A DNA stretch of 64,000 nt from contig DATABS010000013.1 in the NCBI GenBank assembly GCA_036259475.1, forward strand, positions 51,430 to 115,429. The letters run 5' to 3'. The number at the start of each line of letters is the position of its first letter. Position 1 is the first letter of the stretch. Positions 37,443 to 47,345 of this stretch are shown here, one piece after another. Position numbers and translations under genes: made by a program. The notes under the pieces were generated by a model. That model worked only from the letters and a program-made list of their open reading frames with translations. It ran no database searches and was not told where the DNA came from. The stretch is from Acidimicrobiia bacterium. GTDB lineage: Bacteria; Actinomycetota; Acidimicrobiia; Spongiisociales; ZC4RG35.

Positions 37443-38369
37443 TCAGACGGGTGGGGGGCCGACCACCCACAGGGAGTCGGCGCGATACGTGAAACCCGCT
37501 GAGGTGACTGAGCCGACCACTTCACCATCCATCTGCAACCGGGCAGGTTGCCCGCTGGCGACCGAGAATGACTTGACGCCGGTCCACACCTGCAGTCCTT
37601 TCATCTCGCCGAGCGAGGCGGTGAAAATCCTCCTGAGTAGTCCGGGGAGGCGACGCATGGGTAGCCGCTCGACTGCCAGCAACGTCATCGGGTCGGGATG
37701 CTCGGCCGTGAAGCGCAGAGACGAGCGGCCGAAGTAGGTGAACGCAGAATGGAACTGGGCCATCACCCCGATGACCGACGTGGTGCGACCCTCCGCCTCC
37801 ACCTCGATCTCGGGCGCCCTTCGGCGCAAGTCGGACCACAGCATGCCGATCGCGGTCCGGGCGTAGTGGACAGCCCCGAAACGGTACTTCCGGTAGGGCT
37901 CGGTCTCGGCGGCAGCCACCACATCGGCATCCAGGCCCACTCCCGTTGCGAACAAGGCGTGTCGGTAGTCCCTGTCGCCGTTCTCCAGAGTGAAGTCGAC
38001 CGAGACCACCGGCCACGGATTGAACGAGACGTCTCCGGCCAGGAGACGGGCTGCCTTGGTGGACTTGGAGGGAAGGCCGACCTGACGCGCGAAGACGTTG
38101 GTGGTTCCCGCCGGCAACACCGCCAGATATACCTCCGTCCCGATCAGCGACTGCGCCACCTGGTGAACGATGCCGTCGCCACCCATCGCCACCACGCCGT
38201 CGAAGCCGGCGGTGACGGCGTCGGCGGCGATCGTGCGGGCATCCTCGGCGGAGTGCGGCCAAACCGCCTCCACCCTGTGCCGCCGGGTCAGTGTGCGGAG
38301 GATGCTGCGATGGTCACCGCCTGTGAATTGAGAAGCCGCCGGATTGGCGACGAGCATCAGTCTGGCCAT
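37443..38369 (-). CDS. Diacylglycerol kinase family (YegS/Rv2252-like) lipid kinase
   Basis: VANPAAS, GGDGIVHQV, LPAGTTNVFAR, QMDGE. Confidence 0.92.
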   Translation of the reverse strand: MARLMLVANPAASQFTGGDHRSILRTLTRRHRVEAVWPHSAEDARTIAADAVTAGFDGVVAMGGDGIVHQVAQSLIGTEVYLAVLPAGTTNVFARQVGLPSKSTKAARLLAGDVSFNPWPVVSVDFTLENGDRDYRHALFATGVGLDADVVAAAETEPYRKYRFGAVHYARTAIGMLWSDLRRRAPEIEVEAEGRTTSVIGVMAQFHSAFTYFGRSSLRFTAEHPDPMTLLAVERLPMRRLPGLLRRIFTASLGEMKGLQVWTGVKSFSVASGQPARLQMDGEVVGSVTSAGFTYRADSLWVVGPPPV

Positions 38370-38376
38370 GTCAATT

Positions 38377-38447
38377 GTGTGGGGGGTACTCCCCCCGCAC
38401 CCCCCACGGCTCCTCGTCGTGCGGTGGTTTCGTGGTCGGGGCCGTCC
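38377..38447. repeat. About 70 bp dispersed palindromic repeat, copy 1
   Basis: TGTGGGGGGTACTCCCCCC.CACCCCCCACGGCT...GTGGTCGGGGCCGTCC shared with 47346-47419 and 47453-47527. Confidence 0.8.
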
Positions 38448-38547
38448 CCCTTACGCGGATCGGATCGCGTCGAGAGTGCAGATCTGTGGCTCACAGCATG
38501 CTCACTGCCCGCTCGTCGCCGAGACGTCCGATTCGGAGACGGATTGT

Positions 38548-38584
38548 CTTCCGACTTCCGACTTCCGACTCATGACTTCCGACA
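38548..38584. repeat. Heptamer tandem repeat (CCGACTT)n
   Basis: CTTCCGACTTCCGACTTCCGACTCATGACTTCCGAC. Confidence 0.8.
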
Positions 38585-38648
38585 TAACTTGCGAAGCCTA
38601 GGTCGGACGACCCTTGAGGGGGCATCCCCCTCCGGTACCCTGCGCGGA

Positions 38649-39608
38649 ATGAGCGACGAGGGTCGAGCTCTCTTCTCCCTTCCGGTCGGGGAGGGAGCTG
38701 GAGCGATATTGGGTCTGGCGGCGGGTGATACCGCCGGTGGTGCCTCTGACAAAGGCTATTCGTCGAGCACTCAGCAGGCCGTCGTCGTTGCCTATCACCT
38801 CTTCCGTCACGGTTACCTCGACCGGGACGCATTGACCGTGGAACTGGCCGAGCTAGACGGGGACGAGCGCGACCCCTCGGTCTATCGCGCTCTCTCGCCT
38901 GATATGCGGCGCTGGCTGGACTCGGTCCGGGCGGGTGAGGCCGACTACGGGTCGGAGCCCAGCCTCGATCCCGCGGTCCGAGCGGTCCCTTTGGGAATGT
39001 GGTTCCGGCGCCGGCCTGAGGACCTCGTGACGAGCACTTTGGACTGTGCCCGGGTGACTCACCTCGACGCCCCCTCGGCTGTATTGACCACTGCTGTGGC
39101 GGCGGCCGTTGCCGGCGGATGTTTCGCCCAGAACGGACGCGACTTGGTGATGGCGGTGGTCGAGGTGGCACGCCAGGCTGTGACGGTGATCCAGTCCGAC
39201 GATCTCCGGTATGCCCACAGCGACCAGGTGGATGAGGTCATTTCCCGTCTGAGGCGCTCCGCCGATCTGATCGGTACACCCGGACCCGAACTCACCGGAG
39301 CGCTGGGCGACGATCCCGCCGGGATGGTGGCGGCGGCACTCTCCCTGACCGCTCCTGTCACGTCTCGACCTCACCGACCCATCGAGGAGGCCGTCGAGAT
39401 AGGGGGCAGCCCCCTCGGGGCGATCGTCGGAGCGGTCCTCGGTGCCCGCGTCGGGGTCCGTGTGTGGCCCTGGGACTTCCCCAACGACACCTGGTTCGTG
39501 GCCATGGGCGAACGCCTGGTGGCGGGGAAATCGGATTTGGCCGAGCTACCGGTGCCCTATGCGGTGGAACAGCGGATCACGTACGCATCTCCGGACCCGC
39601 AGCTGTGA
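38649..39608 (+). CDS. ADP-ribosylglycohydrolase-fold protein with degenerate catalytic motifs
   Basis: GAILGLAAGDTAG, AVRAVPLG, ARVTH, GAIVGAVLGA; start MSDEG at 38649. Confidence 0.8.
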   Translation: MSDEGRALFSLPVGEGAGAILGLAAGDTAGGASDKGYSSSTQQAVVVAYHLFRHGYLDRDALTVELAELDGDERDPSVYRALSPDMRRWLDSVRAGEADYGSEPSLDPAVRAVPLGMWFRRRPEDLVTSTLDCARVTHLDAPSAVLTTAVAAAVAGGCFAQNGRDLVMAVVEVARQAVTVIQSDDLRYAHSDQVDEVISRLRRSADLIGTPGPELTGALGDDPAGMVAAALSLTAPVTSRPHRPIEEAVEIGGSPLGAIVGAVLGARVGVRVWPWDFPNDTWFVAMGERLVAGKSDLAELPVPYAVEQRITYASPDPQL

Positions 39609-40827
39609 CTACGGGGCGCAGGCCCCTCAACACGACGAAGGCGACAGCCACGAAAGCCGCCAGCGCCCCGAGCGCCCAGGTACGCGGTAGATCGAGCACG
39701 TCAACGACGAACGCCCACACCAGCGGCCCGAGGATGGTGGCGAACCGGCCCACGGTGGCGTAGAGCCCGTACATCTCACCCAGGTGCTGGGGTGGGCTGA
39801 TATCGGTCATCAGCACTCGATCCGCCGTCCAGGTCGCCCCCAGTGCCGCCCCTCCGATCGGGGCGATCAGCCAAGCCAGTGCCGTGGTGCCATCGACGCC
39901 GGCGCCCACTCCGGTTGCCAGGGCGGCGATCCAGGCGAGCAGAGTCACCCGGAGAACGGGAAAGGCTCCGAAGCGGCTGACCCCCCACCCGGCCACGAAG
40001 CTTCCCGGGATGGCGGCGGTGATGGCCGCCACCAACAGGACGGTCGTCTGGGCGGGCTCGAAGCCCAGCTCCTCAATGGCGTAGATGGCGAGAAAGCCTC
40101 CGATGAGTGTGTTGATGGCGTCGGTGTAGAGGAAGCGGCCTACCAGGAAGCGGACCATCCCGGGGATGGTGGCCGCCAGACGCCATGAGGCGACGAGGCG
40201 TACCGCCACCTGGCCGATTCCGGGTCCTGGCCCGCCCCGGCCGGGGCGTTCGTCGACGAAGGCGAATGTGGGTAGGGCGAAGACGACGAAGCCGGCGGCA
40301 AGCATCCAAAACGTGGGGCGGAAACCCAGGTCCCACACTTCGAGGCTCAAGGTTCCGATCCCCAGACCAACGAACGAGCCCACGTAGCCGACGCCGACGC
40401 CGAGGCCCGAGACCCGTCCCCGCGTCGCCGGGGTGGAGACGTCGGGCAGCAGGGCGTCGTAGACGACAGAGCCAGTGTTGAAGGCGACCAGGGCAGCCCA
40501 CAGAACCACGAATGAAAGCCAGTCAGGGCCTGAGGCGATAAACGCGGTGGCGGTGACGGCCACCAGGGTCGTGACGGCCAGGGTCGGAACCCGCTGGCCG
40601 CGGGCGTCGCTTCTGGCGCCGATCCATGGTGCGAGGAAGACGACCACGATCCCTGCGGAGGCCTCGACGATCGAAAGCGCCGAGTCGGGGAGACCCCGAG
40701 AGATCAGCCAGGACGGGAAGTAGAGGCCGATCACGCCGAGGGCGAAGATCGTGTTGGCCAGGTCGTAGGCGACCCACGCCCCGGTCGCCCTGGATGATGG
40801 GGCTCCCGGATGGGCCGCCGGGATCAA
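39577..40827 (-). CDS. MFS transporter, UMF1/Atg22-like
   Basis: WVAYDLANTIF, VVYDALLP, GRVSGLG.GVGYVG, YGLYATVGRF. Confidence 0.9.
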   Translation of the reverse strand: MIPAAHPGAPSSRATGAWVAYDLANTIFALGVIGLYFPSWLISRGLPDSALSIVEASAGIVVVFLAPWIGARSDARGQRVPTLAVTTLVAVTATAFIASGPDWLSFVVLWAALVAFNTGSVVYDALLPDVSTPATRGRVSGLGVGVGYVGSFVGLGIGTLSLEVWDLGFRPTFWMLAAGFVVFALPTFAFVDERPGRGGPGPGIGQVAVRLVASWRLAATIPGMVRFLVGRFLYTDAINTLIGGFLAIYAIEELGFEPAQTTVLLVAAITAAIPGSFVAGWGVSRFGAFPVLRVTLLAWIAALATGVGAGVDGTTALAWLIAPIGGAALGATWTADRVLMTDISPPQHLGEMYGLYATVGRFATILGPLVWAFVVDVLDLPRTWALGALAAFVAVAFVVLRGLRPVVTAAGPEMRT

Positions 40828-40840
40828 CTGTCGCCTGCTC

Positions 40841-41923
40841 TCAGAAGGTGACCGCGACCGCGATCAGCTCATCATGACCGAGCAACCCGGCTGCCGCCTG
40901 CATGGCCCGCTGTGCCTCTTCGAGCGGGAACTGGTGCGAGACCAGGTCGTCCACCCGCTTGTCGGTGGCGAGACGCTCCGTGGCCCAGCGGTAGCTTTCG
41001 GTCGACGCGCCCATCGCCCCTCTCACCGTGAGCTGCTTGGTGACCAGCACGTCCGAGAAGAAGTGGAGTGCCCGATTCCCCTTGGTGGAGGCGAGCACGA
41101 CCCGGCCTCCGCTACGGACGATGTCGAGGCCGGTGAAGACGGCCTCGGGATCGTCAGAAGTCACGTCGACGACCACGTCGGGTCGGCATCCGGTCGAGTC
41201 GGCGATGGCCGTGGCGAGATCGGGATGGCGTTCTATGTCGATCGTCAGGTCGGCACCCAGCTTCTCGGCCAGGTCGAGGCGATCCCGGTCATGGGAGAGA
41301 CCCGTCACGCCCACCCACGATGCTCCCGCCGCCTTGGCGGCCAACACACAGGCGAGGCCCCGAGGACCCGGACCCAGGATCAGCACCCTGTCGCCGGCCT
41401 GGAGTTGGGGCAGTTCCACCGCCCAGGTGTGCCCGGTGGCGAGGGAATGGACCGACGTGGCCACCTCGGCGGGGACGTCGTCGGTCACCGGGTGCACGGT
41501 GGCAGCCGGGTCGATGTAGAGGTACTCGGCCATTCCGCCCCACAGCGCCGGAGGCTCGGTGGACGGTATCAGCCCGTAGGTGTTCGAAGGCTTGCGGAAC
41601 TGGCAGGTAGCCAACCCGTGACGGCAGCGGCTGCACTTCCCGCATCTGATGCCGGGCTCGAGCACGACCCGGGCTCCGATGTCGAAGGGAATCGTCTCGT
41701 CGGCGACGGCGATCCGGCCCACCACCTGGTGTCCGGGAATGAGGGGATACTTGACCTCTCGCCGCTCTCCGTGCCACGCCTGGACGTCGGCGCCGGAGAT
41801 AGCCGTTGCCTCAACTGCCAGCCAGCCTCCTGCTGGTGCCGGTTGAGAGGGAATCTTCGTGCTGGCGAGCTGGCGGGGCTCGACGAGCACCATGGCTTTG
41901 GCGGCGTGCCCGAGTTCGACCAT
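40841..41923 (-). CDS. MDR/zinc-binding dehydrogenase-fold protein, catalytic Zn ligands altered
   Basis: LIPGHQVVG, CGKCSRC...C, ILGPGPRGL; start MVELG at 41923. Confidence 0.85.
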   Translation of the reverse strand: MVELGHAAKAMVLVEPRQLASTKIPSQPAPAGGWLAVEATAISGADVQAWHGERREVKYPLIPGHQVVGRIAVADETIPFDIGARVVLEPGIRCGKCSRCRHGLATCQFRKPSNTYGLIPSTEPPALWGGMAEYLYIDPAATVHPVTDDVPAEVATSVHSLATGHTWAVELPQLQAGDRVLILGPGPRGLACVLAAKAAGASWVGVTGLSHDRDRLDLAEKLGADLTIDIERHPDLATAIADSTGCRPDVVVDVTSDDPEAVFTGLDIVRSGGRVVLASTKGNRALHFFSDVLVTKQLTVRGAMGASTESYRWATERLATDKRVDDLVSHQFPLEEAQRAMQAAAGLLGHDELIAVAVTF

Positions 41924-41970
41924 TGCGTCGGGAGTGTAGGCAAGCGGATCTGAGGCCCAATCGCACCCGG

Positions 41971-43152
41971 TCAGATCGCGGCCAGCGCGTCGGCCAGACG
42001 CTCGAGGCCGCGGTCGAGGTCGGCATCGGCCAGCGCGTAGGAAAGGCGGGCGTATCCCGGAGCGCCGAATGCCTCGCCCGGGACCAGCGCCACTCCCGCT
42101 TCCTCCAGGATCCAGGTCGCCAAATCCAGCGTGGTGTTGAAGCGGCCGCCCAGGTAGCGGGAGAGGTCCGGGAACGTGTAGAAGGCGCCGTCCGGTTCCA
42201 GACACCTCAGCCCATCGATGGCGCCGAGATGCTTGACCATCGCCTGGCGCCTGCGGTCGAAGGCGAGGCGCATCTCCTCGACGACGTCCTGGGGACCGGT
42301 CAACGCAGCCAGGGCCGCCCGCTGGCTGACGTTGGCGACGTTGGATGTCAGATGAGATTGGAGTCGGATCGAAGCTGAGACGACGTCCGGCGGGCCTATC
42401 AGCCATCCCACTCGCCAGCCGGTCATGGCGTAGGACTTGGCCACTCCGTTGACCACGACCCAACGGTCCTCCAACTCGGCCACCGAACCGGGCAGGCTGA
42501 CGAACGAGGCGTCACCGTAGACGAGGCGCTGGTAGATCTCATCGGTGAGGATCCACACGCCGTTGTCGGCCGCCCAGCGACCCACCGATTCGACCTCGGC
42601 CGCGGTGTAGACGGCTCCGGTCGGATTGGATGGAGAGACGAACACCAGCATCTTCGTGGCGTCGGTGCGGTGACGTTCGAGAGTCTCGGAAGTGACCTTG
42701 AACCCGTCTTCGATCGTGGTCGGCACCTCGATGGCCGTGGCGCCGGTGAGTCCCACCGCCTCCGGATACGTGACCCAGTAGGGGGTGGGGAGCAGCACCT
42801 CGTCACCCGGATCGAGGAGCGCGGCCATGGCGGTGAAGACCGCTTGCTTGCCACCGTTGGTGATCAGCACCTGCCGGGGGTCGACGTCGATTCCTGAATA
42901 CGACCGGGCGTTCTCCGCCGCCGCTTCACGCAGCTCCGGGAGCCCGGCGGCGGCGGTGTAGTGGTGATTGCGGGCATCCTTCACTGCCGCGGCGGCCGCC
43001 TCCACGATGTGGGACGGAGTGGCGAAGTCGGGTTCTCCGGCGCTGAAGCTGATCACGTCCTCGCCGGCGGTCCGCATGGCCGCCGCCCGGGTCGAAATCG
43101 CCATGGTGGCCGACTCGGAGATAGCCGCCAGCCGGCGAGAGACGCGACTCAC
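41971..43152 (-). CDS. PLP-dependent class I/II aminotransferase (aspartate aminotransferase-like)
   Basis: GEPDF, NGGKQA, SPSNPTG, DEIY, GVAKSYAMTGWRVG. Confidence 0.95.
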   Translation of the reverse strand: MSRVSRRLAAISESATMAISTRAAAMRTAGEDVISFSAGEPDFATPSHIVEAAAAAVKDARNHHYTAAAGLPELREAAAENARSYSGIDVDPRQVLITNGGKQAVFTAMAALLDPGDEVLLPTPYWVTYPEAVGLTGATAIEVPTTIEDGFKVTSETLERHRTDATKMLVFVSPSNPTGAVYTAAEVESVGRWAADNGVWILTDEIYQRLVYGDASFVSLPGSVAELEDRWVVVNGVAKSYAMTGWRVGWLIGPPDVVSASIRLQSHLTSNVANVSQRAALAALTGPQDVVEEMRLAFDRRRQAMVKHLGAIDGLRCLEPDGAFYTFPDLSRYLGGRFNTTLDLATWILEEAGVALVPGEAFGAPGYARLSYALADADLDRGLERLADALAAI

Positions 43153-43154
43153 TG

Positions 43155-43448
43155 TCAGCCCTCCGGGGCTTTGTCGGCGACGTCGGCCGCCTTCTCGTCC
43201 AGCTTCTCGGCCGCTTCGGCCGCCTTCTGGGACGCCGATTCCACGGCGGAGGCGGCGGCTTCCTTGGCCTTTCCGGCGGCTTCGCCCGCCGCGCCCATGG
43301 CCTTTTCCACCATCGGCTTTGCCTTCTCGGCTGCCTCGCCGGCCGCTTCCATCGCTTTGTCCATCATCGGCTTCGCTTTCCCAGCGACCTCCTCGGCCGT
43401 GTCCTTGGCTTTGCCGAACAGGCCCCTCAAGGTGTCCATGAGAGCCAC
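43155..43448 (-). CDS. Small Ala/Lys/Glu-rich repeat protein
   Basis: Tandem 18-aa amphipathic repeats; lies in a co-oriented gene run. Confidence 0.75.
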   Translation of the reverse strand: MALMDTLRGLFGKAKDTAEEVAGKAKPMMDKAMEAAGEAAEKAKPMVEKAMGAAGEAAGKAKEAAASAVESASQKAAEAAEKLDEKAADVADKAPEG

Positions 43449-43497
43449 GCTGCCTCCTCTGGTCAGGTGGTTGCAGCGTAGTGGTCGCCGGGCGGCC

Positions 43498-43845
43498 TCA
43501 CTCGTCGGAACGAAGGCGGCGCAGTTCCTGTCGCTCCCACTGGCGGCGGCGACGTCGCCGCCGGATGATCCCGCCCAGCACCTCGTCGAGGATCACGGCG
43601 ATGACGACGCTGATGAGGATGATGATCACGAGCGGCAGTTGCCAGTCGAATCCGAGGAAGTGGATCTCGACGTCGTGGGTGTTCTGCACCGCGAACACCA
43701 CTATCACCACCGTCAGCGCCAGGAAGAGGGCCAGCCGCCACGGGACTTCGACCTGGGGCTCTTCGTAACTCCGCCGTTCCTGAGTCGTCGCTTCTTCCGG
43801 CTCGACGGGAGAAGCGTTCACTTCTCGGTCATCGTGGTCGGTCAT
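43498..43845 (-). CDS. LapA (DUF1049) family protein
   Basis: VFAVQNT..VEIHFLGF...LPL. Confidence 0.85.
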   Translation of the reverse strand: MTDHDDREVNASPVEPEEATTQERRSYEEPQVEVPWRLALFLALTVVIVVFAVQNTHDVEIHFLGFDWQLPLVIIILISVVIAVILDEVLGGIIRRRRRRRQWERQELRRLRSDE

Positions 43846-43862
43846 GGCACGATCCTACGGGA

Positions 43863-45206
43863 TCATCGAACCGAGGCCTGCTCACTCTCGAAGGACCATC
43901 GGGCTCTCGACGCCCGGGCGGCGGCGATGTCCACCCTCCAGAGGAGGAATCCGCCGACGGCGAAGAAGAACACGAGAGAGAGGATGGCATAGCGGGATGA
44001 GCCGGTGACGGCTCCGATGAAGGCGAAGAGGAACGGGCCCCAGATCGCCGAGAACTTGGAGAAGACGGAGTAGAAGCCATAGAACTCCGCCGATGCCTCG
44101 GCCGGAATCATCGAGCCGTACAGACTTCGCGACAGCGCCTGCACGCCGCCGAGAACGAACCCGATCACCGCGGCGAGCCCGAGGAACGGAATCGGGGCCC
44201 CGGTCGGCAGAAAGAACGCCGCCAGCGCCACCGACGTCCACACGACCAGCGAGATGAGGAGCGCCCGCTTGATACCGAGGGCGTACGACAGACGGCCGAA
44301 TCCGAGCGCCCCGAAGTAGGCGATGAACTGGACAATGAGAAAGGCGAGGACGATGACCGTCAGATCCAGCTCCAGCGTACTCCCGGCGTAGGCGCTGGAG
44401 ATGTTGATCGTCGTCTGTACTCCGTCGTTGTAGAGGATGAAGGCGATGACGAACAGGAGGAGCTGGGGGAAATGGCGGAGACGGCGGGCGGTCGCCAAGG
44501 TTCGCCCGAAGCCGATACGGAGGTAGGCGTTGGGGCGAGGCAGGTGGCGTAGCCTCTCCGGCAGCGGTTGGGATATCCCAGTCTCGGGGATGCGGGGAAT
44601 CGACCAGAGCGAGAAGCCGATCCACCAGATTCCCGCCCCGGCGAGCACGATGCGGGTGGTCAACTCGGCGCCGAACGGCTCAGCGAAGATCAAGCCGACG
44701 CCCAGGAGCAAGTAGAGCCCGCCCCCCACGTAGCCGAGGGCATAGCCGCGCGACGACTCGCGGTCGATGGTGTCGTCGCTCGTGAGATCGGGGAGGAAGC
44801 CGTCGTAGAAGACGTTGGCCCCGACGAAGCCCATCTGTGCCACGAGGAAGATGCCGATCGTCGCTCCGACTCGGCCCGGAGCGGCGAAGAAGAGGAGGAT
44901 CGTGAAGATGGAGCCGATCAGAGCGAAGCCGCTGAGGAACTTCTTCTTCGAGGCGGAGAAGTCGGCGATCGCCCCGAGGACGGGGATGACGAGGAACATG
45001 ACCAGCGGTCCGAAACCGGCCACCAGGCCCCACAGGCCGTCCGCCGCCCACTCCCGGCCGAAGAGGCGGTAGCTATCGCCCGGCACGACGGTGGAGACGA
45101 AGAAGGCGGGGAGGACCGCTCCGGCGACCACCGTGACGTAGGCCGAGTTGGCCCAGTCGTACATCGCCCAGGCGCGGAGGGCCTGGCGATCGTTCCTCGC
45201 AGACAC
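43863..45206 (-). CDS. MFS transporter, UMF1/Atg22-like
   Basis: WAMYDWANSAY, ANVFYDGFLP, SSRGYALGYVGG, QALSRSLY, EFYGFY; GTG start 45206. Confidence 0.92.
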   Translation of the reverse strand: MSARNDRQALRAWAMYDWANSAYVTVVAGAVLPAFFVSTVVPGDSYRLFGREWAADGLWGLVAGFGPLVMFLVIPVLGAIADFSASKKKFLSGFALIGSIFTILLFFAAPGRVGATIGIFLVAQMGFVGANVFYDGFLPDLTSDDTIDRESSRGYALGYVGGGLYLLLGVGLIFAEPFGAELTTRIVLAGAGIWWIGFSLWSIPRIPETGISQPLPERLRHLPRPNAYLRIGFGRTLATARRLRHFPQLLLFVIAFILYNDGVQTTINISSAYAGSTLELDLTVIVLAFLIVQFIAYFGALGFGRLSYALGIKRALLISLVVWTSVALAAFFLPTGAPIPFLGLAAVIGFVLGGVQALSRSLYGSMIPAEASAEFYGFYSVFSKFSAIWGPFLFAFIGAVTGSSRYAILSLVFFFAVGGFLLWRVDIAAARASRARWSFESEQASVR

Positions 45207-45258
45207 GAGAGGAGCGTAGCCAGAGGGGTTATTCGTCGAGGCCTCTAGCGTCAACTCG

Positions 45259-46464
45259 ATGTTCCTCCGGTTCGTCCTCGTCATCGCCGCCACCGTGGTC
45301 ATGTCGGCGTGCGCCGACGACGGCTCGAACGAGTCCAGCCGCGCCGCCCAATCGACTTTCACCTCGATGGTGACGACCACGTTGGCGGAAGCGTCGACGT
45401 CGAGTGTCGTCAGCACCACATCTTCGACGACCACGAGCGTTCCGCCCTCGACCACTACGACCACCACCCTGTCACCGCTTCAGGCCTTGACGTACGAGCC
45501 GGTGGCCCCGGCGGACTTCCCCACCATGATCACGGCCCGCCCGGGCGATGAGGTGGCCTTGCTGGCAGAACGGGGAGGAGTCGTTCGGGTTCTCGCCGAC
45601 GGCGAGGTGGGAGACGTAGTCCTCGACATATCCGGTCGGACGACGGTCGACGGGGAGCGGGGACTTCTCGGCCTGGTGCGCCACCCCGAGGACGACGGGC
45701 GCTTGTTCGTGCATTACACGGACGGCGCGGGCGACACCGTCGTATCGGAGTTCTCGCTCGAGGATCTGGCGGCGGATCCCGACTCGGAACGCGTCCTTCT
45801 CACCGTCGACCAGCCCGCCGCCAACCACAACGGCGGCATGATCCAGTTCGGTCCCGACGGCGCTCTTTACCTGGGGCTGGGAGACGGGGGCGGGGGCGGC
45901 GACCGCTTCGGAAACGGCCAGAACACGGAAACGCTGCTCGGTGGGATCGTGCGTATCGACATCGAGTCGGCCGGGGGAGAGCTGTGGCACCACGGACTCC
46001 GCAATCCGTGGCGGTTCTGGATCGACGGCCACGACATCTGGATCGCCGACGTCGGCCAGGCCAGCTTCGAGGAAGTGGATATCGCCGATGTCACCCAATC
46101 CGGGATCAACTACGGCTGGCCGATCATGGAGGGGGCTCACTGCTATCAGGCGAGCGACTGCGACATGTCCGGCCTGCACCTGCCGCTGATCGAGATCCCC
46201 CGCGGCGATGGCGGAGCCTGCTCGATCACAGGCGGAGTCGTCTACCGAGGCTCGGCCATTCCGGAACTGGCAGGCCGATACCTCTTCTCCGATTACTGCG
46301 GAGGCTTCTTGCGATCGGTCGACCGGCAAGGACAGGTCACAGACCACACCGGGGAGGTCGGTGTTCCCGGGCGAGTGGTGTCGTTCGGAGTCGACGGATC
46401 AGGCGAGGTCTACGTAATGACGACCGAGGAAGTGCTGCGTCTCGCCGCCGCCCGCGAGGGCTAG
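45259..46464 (+). CDS. PQQ-dependent sugar (glucose/sorbosone) dehydrogenase family lipoprotein
   Basis: ERGLLGL..HP, NHNGG.I.FGPDG.LY..LGDGG, GLRNPWRF, DVGQ. Confidence 0.92.
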   Translation: MFLRFVLVIAATVVMSACADDGSNESSRAAQSTFTSMVTTTLAEASTSSVVSTTSSTTTSVPPSTTTTTTLSPLQALTYEPVAPADFPTMITARPGDEVALLAERGGVVRVLADGEVGDVVLDISGRTTVDGERGLLGLVRHPEDDGRLFVHYTDGAGDTVVSEFSLEDLAADPDSERVLLTVDQPAANHNGGMIQFGPDGALYLGLGDGGGGGDRFGNGQNTETLLGGIVRIDIESAGGELWHHGLRNPWRFWIDGHDIWIADVGQASFEEVDIADVTQSGINYGWPIMEGAHCYQASDCDMSGLHLPLIEIPRGDGGACSITGGVVYRGSAIPELAGRYLFSDYCGGFLRSVDRQGQVTDHTGEVGVPGRVVSFGVDGSGEVYVMTTEEVLRLAAAREG

Positions 46465-46937
46465 AGGTCCTTTCCGAGACAGACGCTGTTGGGAGTCGCC
46501 TGGTACTCGCCCCAGCAGGGCACCGGATGGAAACCGAAGCCGGCGTAGAGATGCCGGGCGGCGGGCTGGGCCGGCCCCATCTCCAGGACCAGTTGGCGGG
46601 CGCCGCGCCGCTGCGCCTCCCGCTCGAGTCGTTCGAGGAGGGCGGCTCCCACGCCATTTCTCCGCGCCTCGGGCCGGACGTACATTCGTTTGATTTCCGC
46701 TCGACCATCGCCGACGAGGCGGACGGCCCCACAACCCACCGCTTGCCCGTCGAGGCGGGCGATCAAGAACACGCCCTTGTCTCCTGTGACCTGCTCGGGT
46801 TCGAGCGAGAAGTGGTTCTCGTCGGGGTGATAGAGGCTGTCGAGGACGGCGTTGAGCTCGCCGATGAGCGCCACGGACTCGGCGTCGGATGGCGCAGCTT
46901 CTTCCAGATTCACCAGGCGGGGATTCACGTCGGCCAC
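46461..46937 (-). CDS. GNAT acetyltransferase
   Basis: AVGCGA, EIKRMYVRPEARRNGVG, ARHLY..FGF. Confidence 0.92.
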   Translation of the reverse strand: MADVNPRLVNLEEAAPSDAESVALIGELNAVLDSLYHPDENHFSLEPEQVTGDKGVFLIARLDGQAVGCGAVRLVGDGRAEIKRMYVRPEARRNGVGAALLERLEREAQRRGARQLVLEMGPAQPAARHLYAGFGFHPVPCWGEYQATPNSVCLGKDL

Positions 46938-46951
46938 GGTACCCTGCCGCC

Positions 46952-47344
46952 ATGGCCACCATCTTCACCCGGATCATCGAGGGCGAGATCCCCGGCACCT
47001 TCATCTGGAGAGACGATCACTGTGTCGCCTTCATGTCCATCAACCCGCTGCGTCGGGGCCACGTTCTAGTCGTGCCGATCGAGGAGATCGACCACTGGAT
47101 CGACTGTCCCCCGGACCTGAGAGATCACCTCTTCGAGGTGGCCCAACGCATCGCCCGGGCGCAACAGGAGGCATTCGATCCCGCCAGGGTGGGACTGATG
47201 ATCGCCGGTCTGGAGGTCCCTCATCTCCACCTCCATATAGTGCCGATCGATGGGGTCCACGACCTGGATTTCGCCAACGCCGCCACCGACGTGGATCGCG
47301 AAGAGCTCGAGGCAGCCGCCCAAGCTATCCGGGAAAGGCTGTGA
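46952..47344 (+). CDS. HIT-family nucleotide hydrolase
   Basis: MATIFTRII.GEIP, GHVLVVP, EVPHLHLHIVP. Confidence 0.95.
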   Translation: MATIFTRIIEGEIPGTFIWRDDHCVAFMSINPLRRGHVLVVPIEEIDHWIDCPPDLRDHLFEVAQRIARAQQEAFDPARVGLMIAGLEVPHLHLHIVPIDGVHDLDFANAATDVDREELEAAAQAIRERL

Positions 47345-47345
47345 T

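Noticed and set aside
37698-38648. N-terminal extension of the ARH-fold ORF
   Set aside because: Overlaps the DAG kinase gene and the repeat block; protein-like sequence begins at ATG 38649.
39577-45206. Recent duplication of the two UMF1-like MFS genes
   Set aside because: The proteins share only family motifs and no DNA-level repeat is visible; they are old paralogues.
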